Source: Octopus vulgaris
Lineage: Eukaryota
Assembly (NCBI GenBank): GCA_951406725.2
Contig: OX597822.1
Location: forward strand, 68,014,001-68,078,000
Length of the DNA: 64,000 nucleotides
Direction of reading: 5' to 3'
The stretch's first letter is position 1; the number at the start of each line of letters is the position of its first letter. The translations under genes were made by a program, and so were the position numbers. The notes under the pieces are model-generated. The model saw nothing but the letters and a program-made list of their open reading frames with translations, did not search any database and was not told the DNA's origin. This document shows positions 54,679-64,000 of the stretch, piece after piece.

Positions 54679-54914
54679 CAATTGAGGATAAAATCTTTAA
54701 AAGAAATTATCAGTAGTCAGCGTGAAAAACCTCGTAAGAGAAAAAATCCGTACATTCTTCCTCTTTGAAAATATTCTTTTATATTATATTGAGGGTACTA
54801 CTATTCATAGATACCAACACGCTAAGAGGGACCAATGCGGTCAAAACTACTAAAAATAAACAAAATTTTAGCGAATGCAAAACTTCAAAACACATCATTT
54901 TAAAAAAGAATTCA

Positions 54915-54978
54915 GTTACATATCACATGTGATTTCGCATTTAATGCAGAATATGTATTTCATGTTCGTCAGTGCAAC
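54915..54978 (-). ncRNA. Type I hammerhead ribozyme, copy 1
   Basis: Same fold as copy 2 with one extra mismatch in distal stem II; predicted cleavage between 54921 and 54920. Confidence 0.65.
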
Positions 54979-55409
54979 AAACTCAAGAAATATAAGAAAA
55001 AACATAACATTACAAACTCGATAGCCAACCGTAGAATTCGTCGTAGCATGTACGAATGTCTATCCTTACATATCTATGAAAATGGCGGGCTTTTTCGCAA
55101 TGCATTTGGTAAAAATTGCCTAGTCGGAATAAAAATTCAGTATTGAACTATTCCGGTGAAAAATATAAATTAACAATTGAGGATAAAATCTTTAAAAGAA
55201 ATTATCAGTAGTCAGCGTGAAAAACCTCGTAAGAGAAAAAATCCGTAAATTCTTCCTCTTTGAAAATATTCATTTATATTATATTGAGGGTACTACTATT
55301 CGTAGATACCAACACGCTAAGAGGGACCAATGCGGTCAAAACTACTAAAAATAAACAAAATTTTACCGAATGCAAAACTTCAAAACACATCTTTTTAAAA
55401 AAGAATTCA

Positions 55410-55473
55410 GTTACATATCACATGTGATTTCGCATTTAATGCAGAATATGCATTTCATGTTCGTCAGTGCAAC
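55410..55473 (-). ncRNA. Type I hammerhead ribozyme, copy 2
   Basis: Minus strand GTTGCA-CTGACGA-acatgaAATGCAtattcTGCATTaaatgc-GAA-ATCACATGTGAT-A^TGTAAC; predicted cleavage between 55416 and 55415. Confidence 0.7.
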
Positions 55474-55645
55474 AAACTCAAGAAATATAAGAAAAAACAT
55501 AACATTACAAATCGATAGCCAACCGTAGAATTCGTCGTAGCATGTACGAATGTTTATCCTTACATATCTATGAAAATGGCGGGCTTTTTCGCAATGCATT
55601 TCGGTAACAAAATGCCTAGTCGGAATAAAAATACCATCCCGAAAT

Positions 55646-55697
<52 letters not shown>

Positions 55698-56921
55698 GTA
55701 AATGACTTACATTTATTTATGTATATACATAAACAGATACATATTAATGCAAACACACATTTTTACATGTACATACACAACCACTTATACACACATACGA
55801 AGATGTCCACAATATATTCACAACATGCAGATACCACAGCATGTATATGTGTGTTACACAGATACCAACTCGTATCGATATACAATATATGCGTGTATAC
55901 GTGTGTTAAGCAAATAATGATAAGAACTCCTCAGAAACAGTTCATAAACTAGAAAATCTGATGCAACATTTCAGTGACGCTGTACTCTCATAAGTCATAT
56001 TATGTATATCAATTAGATACATAATTAGGCAAAAAGGTTTATCGTTCGGCATGAAGCTTTAAGTTTTGGTCATTCTATTTAATTCACTGAATTCTTTTTA
56101 AGATGTAAGCATTTTGTCAGTTAGACAAAATGATATGGTTAAGCGTGATCCAGAATGAATCAAGCTATACTACACGTGTGGACGGTTGTTCCTCGGTGAA
56201 GTTTAAAATGCTCTGATAAAGCAGTCGAAACGCTAACAAAGTAGTGCTAACAAACAAATGATTATGATGGTAGATTCACGTCTTAAAGTTATGGTCTGTT
56301 AGCTCAATATATAACTTCGAGGCACAAGAGTTGTTTAAATGCGCTATAGCATCGTAAACTAAGGTCTCCTAGTCTTCTGAATGCAGTTGCCATCTAAGAG
56401 AGAGTTATCAGGATTAGCAAAGTTACAGTTTGGTGCAGGATTTGAATTCGAGACAAGCATTGGAACATCTGATAGAAATTACGAAGTTTTTGTATGCTGT
56501 GTAGCTAACTTTTAGAACATCTACACTGAAGATACAGCTCTGGGAAATAGCAGGACATTAATCTGAAGAACTATTTTATTAATTTAGATTTGCAGTCAAT
56601 TTGAAGGCAGAATTATCGTAATTTTATCGCTATTTTTGTTTTGTTTTGTTCATTTCTTTTAGATTATTTTTTACCCAGGAGTCATTTTCAAGCAACAGAA
56701 GAGATTGTACTGATATCGGATTCGTTTGTTGTAATGTTAACGAAATCCAGAGCTTAGCAGTAAAGAGGTTAACAATGAACGATTTTCAAAAGTTAGCGAC
56801 ACCAAACTGAAAATACACAAAAATATTTGTCATCATAGCCACAAAACCATTCTAATACTTTTATTGTATTGTACCAAAACGGAGGAGGGACATCTCGTTT
56901 AACAATCTAGTAATGATTCTA

Positions 56922-57045
56922 AGGCGGCGAGCTAGCAGAAATGTTAGCACGCCGGGTGAAATGCTTAGCTGCACTTCTTTCAGTTTCCGTCCACCAAATC
57001 CACCCACAAGGGTTTGGTTGGCCCGAGACTATGGTAGGAGACACT
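56922..57045. mobile_element. SINE-B head (+) fused to an inverted SINE-A fragment (-)
   Basis: ggcggcgagctagcagaaatgttagcacgcc...cttagc directly followed by cttctttcagtttccgtccaccaaatcc. Confidence 0.7.
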
Positions 57046-57344
57046 TTTGGAGCTAGTCTGCAGCTTCGTACAAAGGAGCAACGTGAAACGATGATTTTTA
57101 TTCAACAACACAAAGCAACACCAGTTCCAGAAACAGAAGACACGTCATTATAAAGAAATGGCCGAGTAGTTCAGAAGTTCACTTTGCCACCATTTTTTTT
57201 TTTAACTTGCTCATAAGTCATAGCTCCGACTACCTCTTGAATTGTGGTGTACTCTCAGTGATTATATGTTAAAATGTATGAACTAAAACGTACTGCCTAC
57301 GTTAATATGAATCAATGCACTATATATACGTGTGTGTATGTATG

Positions 57345-57391
<47 letters not shown>

Positions 57392-57956
57392 CTAAATATA
57401 TATATGTATGTATATATGTATATATATATGTGTGTATATATATATGCATGTATATATATATATATATATGCATATATATATATATGACGCATATATACAA
57501 ATGTCTGTATATATATATTTTATACATTCACGTATCTTTCTAAACATTTTTCTCTCTCTCTCCCTCTCTAACTGTGTGTGTGTGTTTTCGTGTGTGTTTT
57601 CGTGTGTGTTCGTGTGTGTGTGTGTGTGTCCCTGCGGCTGTGGCTGCGTGTCTTGTGTATCGTACTTCGGAAAGACCCATCCTTATCGATAATTAGGTAC
57701 ACACAAACACACAGATTGTGATTATTATTTAATGATATGGTTATCAGTATCAAAGTCTCTCTTAACGCACCATCCTGACCTCCACTCTGATCTCTGTGCA
57801 TCTATAAAGATTTAACGTTTTATCTTTAGCAAAGACGGACAGCTCTGCCAAGAGACAACAATATCTGTTTCAACACACGATACCAGATGGAAACTGTTGC
57901 AAAAGACGCATATACGCATACAAGCTCACCGGCATGTATACGTACATACGTAGCGG

Positions 57957-58007
<51 letters not shown>

Positions 58008-58527
58008 GCATATATATATATACATATATATATATGTATGTATATATATATGTGTGTGTGTGTCTATATATATATATAAATTGCATACACACACATGCAT
58101 ATATGTACGCAAACACAAACACACAAATGCACACACATACATAAATATACGTGTATATATATGTGTGTGTGTGTGTGTACACACACATACACACACATAT
58201 ATATATGTGCATATTCATGTATAGTTATACATATATGTTGGAATATGTTTGAATATACATATATGCACATACATACACAAACAGATATGAGTGTGTGTGT
58301 GTGTGTATGTAGGTATACGTATATATACAAATATAGATAAATATATACATATACACTCACATATATGTGTTTATGTATACGTGTGAGTGTGAGTCGTGTT
58401 AGTGTGCATATATGAATAAGTTTGTGTATGTATGTGCATATATATATGTATGTTTGTATGTGTGTATACACGCATGTGCGTATGTATGTATATATATATG
58501 TATGTACGTATGTATGTATGTTTTTTA

Positions 58528-59015
58528 ATTATTATAAATCTTCCACTATTATAAATCTTCCAACACAGATATAAGACTCCATCTTTGGGATATAGTTAAC
58601 ACTGACAAAAATCACATTTGGAACTTGAGAAAAGTCTTGTATATTTTTACTGTTCCGTTTACAGATTGCACTTATAATGTACAAATTTGTCGGTCGATTT
58701 CTCTTTCTGAAAATCCTAGTTTATCCAGATTCTCCTTTAAGCATTTACTACCAAAACTTAGTGCTCCAATTATTATTACCATGAATATGAATTCATTGTC
58801 TAGATATAGATGCTGGAGGTTTCGAAGTAGTTGTCCATAGATAACCTCTTTTTCTTATATTTTCAAATCGATATTTATATCTGCAGGACAGCTGACCTCT
58901 ATGATGGTACACACTTTTGCTCCTCCAAATAACAATATCCGGTCTGTTATGCTCACATTTGACAGATGTTTTCATGGGAATAACCAGCCACACAGTAAGT
59001 ACCGAACTACGCAAG
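58528..59015 (-). mobile_element. 3' end of a second, distinct R4/Dong-type RLE LINE
   Basis: KCEHNRPDIVIW...IIEVSCPADINIDLKI*EKEVIYGQLLRNLQ...IIIGAL...GTVKIYKTFLKFQM* (PD..D..K endonuclease); ends with duplicated ggaagatttataata. Confidence 0.8.
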
Positions 59016-59794
59016 TATTCATTTCAAACCGGTGTTCCCCGATTGAATAAATTACCGTGCGATTATACTACGGCTCGTACTTGAAATTAGTACTTTATTT
59101 TATCGACCAAGAAAGGATAACAGGCAAAGTTGACATCGATGAAATTTGCCGCTAAGCATTTTGTTCGACGCGCAAATGGTTCTGTCGCTCTCCTTACCTG
59201 TCCATCTAAGAATTTAATATAGGATTTCTATCTCTACTCAGTCATTCCATTCAAAAGGCTTAGGCCGACGAAATACTATGGAAAAAGTAAATTTTTTTTA
59301 GGGTTCTTTTTTTTCACTCATGAAGATGTTTTTGGGGATGGAGTGGTATCAAACTCAGAATAACATGATTACAAAATTAACTTCTGAAGCACATAGCCAT
59401 ACTGAGTAATATTATTACTTTTTACTGGGACAGCTAGAGCCTTCATATCTATTGCCTTATTTTTGGCATTTGACGCGGTCTAAGGTGTTAATCTAATACA
59501 TCTGAAATACACCTTCATCGCCTTTTTGTTCATGCGTGTGTGCCCTACTGTACTTAGGTCATTAATTCCTGAGTATCTTCCGCGTCTCTGTTTCATCTCT
59601 ATTATCTTTGTTCCTTTATCTCAATATGTTTTCTTACCTCAAAGGTCACTTTCGCGCATTTTTTCTAAACCCAATTTCGTGCCAATTTCCCCGGTGAATT
59701 TTTATCATTTCCATTGTTAATAATTTAAAAGAAAAGAACGAATAGAGAAACACACACACATACACACTCACACACACACATATATATATGTGAC

Positions 59795-60132
59795 TTTTAC
59801 TTGTTTCAGTCATTGGACTACGGCCACACTGGGGCACCGCCTTATTCAGTCGAACTAAACGGCCCTGCACTTTTCTCTTTTAAGTTTGGTACTTACGTTG
59901 TGGCTTTCCTTTCCAGAAGCACTAAATTACAGGGACACTAACAGACCGACACCGGTTGTCAAGCAATGATGAGGAATATCGAAGGACACACACGCAGACA
60001 CACGCACATATACATACATATATATACATATACACACACACACGTATATATATACATATATATGCATATATATATATATATATATATACACAAATATATA
60101 TACATATATATATATGTACACACACACATACA

Positions 60133-60198
<66 letters not shown>

Positions 60199-60358
60199 TG
60201 ACGCTTTCAGTTCCTGTCTACCTAATCCAATCAAAAGCCCTTAATTGACCATGGGCTATAGTAGATGACACTTGCCCAAGGTGCTAGGAAATGGGATTGA
60301 ACCCAAGACTACGTGTTTGGGAAATAACCTTATTAACTACACAGCCACACCTACGCCT
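59795..60358 (-). mobile_element. SINE-A, diverged full length with expanded internal microsatellite
   Basis: Family match across both halves. Confidence 0.8.
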
Positions 60359-60451
60359 ATATATACCTGTGTGTGTGCGTGTGTGTAAGGATGTGCCCAA
60401 GCCTGGCCGCTGTCTAATGACTGACAGAAGCTAAATATGAAATATATATAT

Positions 60452-60607
60452 ATGGCTATGTGGTAAGAAGCTTGATTCCCAGCCACATGGTTCCGGGTTC
60501 AGTCCCACTGCGTGACACATTAAGCAAATGCTTTCTACTGAAGCTTTGGGCCGACCAAAGCCTTGTGAGTGGATTTGGTAGACGGAAACTTAAAGAAGCC
60601 TGTCGTG

Positions 60608-60671
<64 letters not shown>

Positions 60672-60806
60672 AATTTGTGTGTCTGTGTTTGTCCCCCACC
60701 CCAATAGCTTGACTAGCGATGCTGGTTTGTTTACGTCCCAGCGTCGAATTGTCCGACTAAAGGCGGTGCTCCAATACTGCCGCAGTCAAATGACTGAACC
60801 AAGTAA

Positions 60807-60808
<2 letters not shown>
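60452..60808 (+). mobile_element. SINE-A with internal deletion
   Basis: Family match. Confidence 0.85.
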
Positions 60809-60858
<50 letters not shown>

Positions 60859-60877
60859 ACACACACACAATATAAGG

Positions 60878-61192
60878 AGCACTCCGTCGATTACGACGAG
60901 GGTCCCAGCTGATACGATCAACGGAACAGCTTGCTCCTGAAATTAACGTGCAAGTGACTGAGCAATCCACAGACATGTATACCCTCAATGTAGTTCTCAG
61001 GGAGATTCAGCGTGACACACAGTGTGACAAGGTCGGCCCTTTGAAATTACGGGTACAAGTCATTTTTGCCAGCTGAGTGGACTGGAACAGCATGAAATAA
61101 AGTGTCTTGCTCAAGGACACAACGCGTCGCCGGGAATTGAACTCACGACCTTACAATCGTGAGCCGAACGCCCTAACAACTAAGCCACGCGC
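60878..61192 (-). mobile_element. SINE-D head with tail Y
   Basis: Minus head ggcgcgtggcttagttgttagggcgttcggctcacgattg...gtgtccttgagcaagacactt; tail homologous to 18215-18390. Confidence 0.85.
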
Positions 61193-61640
61193 CTTCACAC
61201 ACAATATATATATATATATTTTTTTTTCTAGTTTCAGCTCAGAGCTGCGGCCATGATGATGCACCGCCGTTTGCATATATATGCATATATATATACACAA
61301 TATATATGCATATATATATACACAATATATATGCGCGTGCACGCATAAAATGAATATATAGTACAGATGCGTTTATTGAAATTATTATTTATATAACCGT
61401 GTTTATATTATTCGTCAATATCTTAGCATGACATTAAGTAATCGCGTTTTTTAATTAAAGGTTTTTCATACTTTAATACTTTCTCTTGATGTTTCTCCAT
61501 TCGTTTCACTATTATCTGTGAACCTCTGCCTTGCTTTTATATTTGTCGGTTTTTCATGAAGAGAGAAGAACAATTTAGCCTTTCCTCTGTTTTGTTTTGT
61601 AGTCGAGCCAATGCGGTGAGATAATATAGAATCGTTAAAA

Positions 61641-62420
61641 GGCGGCGTACTGGCAGAATCGTTAGCACGCTGGGCGAAATGCTTTGCGGTATTTCGTCCG
61701 CCGTTACGTTCTGAGTTCAAATTCCGCCGAGGTCGACTTCGACTTTCATCCTTTCAGGGTCGATAAATTAAGTACCAGTTACCCACTGGGGTCGATGTAA
61801 TCGACTTAATCCGTTTGTCTGTCCTTGCTTGTACTCTCTGTATTTAACCCCTTGTGGGTAGTAAAGAAATAGGTATTTTAGTCTGTCTTTCGTTCTGGGT
61901 TCAAATTCCGCCGAGGTCGACTTTGCCTTTCATATTTTCGGGGTCGATAAATTTAGTACCAGTAATCGACTTAATCCCTTTATCTGTCCTTGTTTGTCCC
62001 CTCTACGTTTAGCCTAATGTGGGCAATAAAGAAAAAGGAACGAAAGCACGCAAGGCGAAATGCTTAGCGATATTTCGTCCGTCCTTACGTTCTGAGTTCA
62101 AATTCTGCCGTGATCGACCTTGCCTTTTATCCTTTCGGAGTCGATAAATTACGTACCAGTTGCGTACTGCGGTCGATCTAATCGACTGGTCCCCTTCCCC
62201 AAAATTTCGGGCCTTGCGCCTAGGGTAGAAAAGATTCTTAAAGGCGGCGAGCTGGTAGAAACGTTAGTACGCCTAGTGCAATGCTTAGCGGTATTTCGTC
62301 TGTCTTATGTTCTGAGCTCAAATTTCGCCGAGGTCGACTTTCACTTTCATCCTTTCCGGGTCGATAAATTAAGTACTAGTTGCTTAATTTCGGGCCTTGT
62401 GCCTAGAGAAAAAGAATATC
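61641..62420 (+). mobile_element. SINE-B array of four units flanked by an 11-bp TSD
   Basis: gaatcgttaaa at 61629-61639 and 62421-62431; degenerate third copy gattcttaaa at 62233-62242. Confidence 0.9.
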
Positions 62421-62514
62421 GAATCGTTAAAGCGTCAGACAACGTGTCAGCTGGTATTTAACATTCTAACTACAAATACAAATCTCACCAGGTTCAACTT
62501 TTTTTTATAGTTAT

Positions 62515-62775
62515 CTTTTACTTGTTGTATTCATTGGACTGCAGTCATGCTGGAGCACTGCCTGGAGGAATTTATAGTCGAATGAATCGACCCACCCCAC
62601 TCCCAGCACTTATCTTCTTTTTAAGTGAGGTACTTATTCTATTGGGGTCTTTTACTGGACCGCTATGTTACAGGGGCGTAAACACACCAAAGTCGGTTGT
62701 GAATCAGTGGTGCAAGATAAACATAGACCCAAGGACACACACACGGTTGGAAAGAACGCTTCTTACCACACAACC
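62515..62775 (-). mobile_element. SINE-A, diverged
   Basis: 3' half and a head remnant align to the family. Confidence 0.7.
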
Positions 62776-62894
62776 ATGTCTGGGTCAACTCTGTCTATGA
62801 AATAGTATCAACTAGGGATCAATATAATCGCCTAGTGCTCTTCACCAAAATTTAAAGCCCCTTCAGCCTATAGTAATAGGTGGCAATAGTAATA

Positions 62895-63114
62895 ATGGTT
62901 TCAAATTTTGCAACAAGGGCAGTAATTTGGCGGGGTGGAGGAGCATGAGTTGATTACATCGACTCCAGTGTTTAACTGGTACTTATTTTATCGACCCCTA
63001 AACGATAAAAGGGTAAAGTTGACCTCGGCGGAATTTGAACTCAGAACGTAACGGCTGACGAAATACTGCTAAGTATTTCGCCCGGCGTGCTAACGTTTCT
63101 ACCAGCTCGCCGCC
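62895..63114 (-). mobile_element. SINE-B monomer next to (TAG)n
   Basis: Reverse complement of a full SINE-B with the aaatttgaaaccat tail. Confidence 0.9.
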
Positions 63115-63124
63115 TTCAGTAGTT

Positions 63125-63168
<44 letters not shown>

Positions 63169-63749
63169 ATCACTAATAATCGTGTTACCCACCACGACTA
63201 TATGGGGTCTGCTTTGTTTTATTTTTTCTCTGTTGCCAGGGACGGACCAGGCAATATCATATATTGATTCCGCTCCATCCTTGCTCTCCACTGTCAGGCC
63301 ATGGACGGCAATAAAGGGGTATTTTTCTCATTACAGAAATGTGAAGACATTGCAAATGAGAGGTGTCAACCGTTTTAGAGTGTTTATTCAATATAAAAAA
63401 CACTGATGGAATAAATGACTGAATGAATGAGTGAGCGACTGAGTGAGTGGGTGAATGAGTGGCCACTAAAACTGTATAATATATCAGCGCTTTCTACATT
63501 AAACCTGCTAAAAGCAACAGAAATCCTTTCCGAGTAACCCTCACTTTCATTTCCCCTCTCTTTCTCTATGTCTGTCTGTCTCTGTCTCTCAGTTTCTCTC
63601 TTTCACTCTCTCACTCACACTATTCCCCTCCCTCTCTCACTCTCTATCCCTCCCTCGCTCTCGCTCTCTCACTCCCTCTCATTGTCTCCGCAAACGCAAA
63701 CATACACACATACACACACATACATGCACACACTTACATGCATACACAC

Positions 63750-63799
<50 letters not shown>

Positions 63800-63946
63800 A
63801 GAGACAGAGAAAGTGAGAGGAAGAGTGTGTGCGTGTGTATGGTGGAGTGAGAGAAGGAGAGCGAAAGAAAGATAATATACTGATAGAAAAATAGAGCGAT
63901 GTAAATTTTAAGATACATCTTCGTATGTACGTATGTAAATATATGC

Positions 63947-63982
<36 letters not shown>

Positions 63983-64000
63983 TACATACATGCATGCATA

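Larger units (their letters stand above)
54675..55632 (-). mobile_element. Hammerhead-containing tandem repeat (495-bp period, about 1.9 units) flanked by (TA)n; retrozyme/Penelope pLTR-like
   Basis: ttaacaattgaggataaaatc at 54675 and 55170; units nearly identical; one hammerhead per unit. Confidence 0.75.

Noticed and set aside
55411-55599. 62-aa Cys-rich ORF in the tandem repeat
   Set aside because: Overlaps the hammerhead and is disrupted by an indel in the other unit; no recognisable domain.
56205-56240. Plus-strand ctgataaagcagtcgaaac hammerhead-like motif
   Set aside because: G8 missing and no proper stem II; counted only as a doubtful remnant.
61641-62420. CRISPR-like regular repeats
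   Set aside because: Units are SINE multimers without unique spacers; eukaryotic DNA, no cas genes.
63322-63370. Possible exon after tttttctcattacag
   Set aside because: Donor (gtgtca) is poor and 26 nt is not frame-preserving; no other exons found.

Overview
AT-rich eukaryotic non-coding DNA. The SINE families and the extreme (TA)n/(CA)n/(TATG)n/(GATA)n/(TAA)n microsatellite load strongly suggest an Octopus genome, probably a large intron or intergenic region. I cannot support any intact host gene, tRNA or rRNA; nearly all listed ORFs are microsatellite or SINE read-throughs. Recognisable content: 5'-truncated R4/Dong-type LINE remnants (545-1762, 58528-59015), a Tx1/L1-type LINE 3' end (2700-3667), a decayed Chapaev3-type transposon (22974-25010), a piggyBac remnant (45508-46420), Tc1/mariner and hAT-like MITEs, and dozens of copies of four tRNA-headed SINE families (my labels SINE-A to SINE-D). 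Best novelty candidate: a 495-bp tandem duplication (54675-55632) with a complete type I hammerhead ribozyme fold with a palindromic stem III on the minus strand of each unit, i.e. a retrozyme/Penelope-like cassette predicted to release a 495-nt RNA. About ten further Penelope-type minimal hammerhead motifs occur, almost all on the minus strand. Also seen: a SINE whose 3' tail matches the Tx1 LINE 3' end and which repeatedly reuses the same target sites, and head/tail shuffling among SINE families. All calls were made by eye; boundaries are approximate unless a TSD or TIR is quoted.
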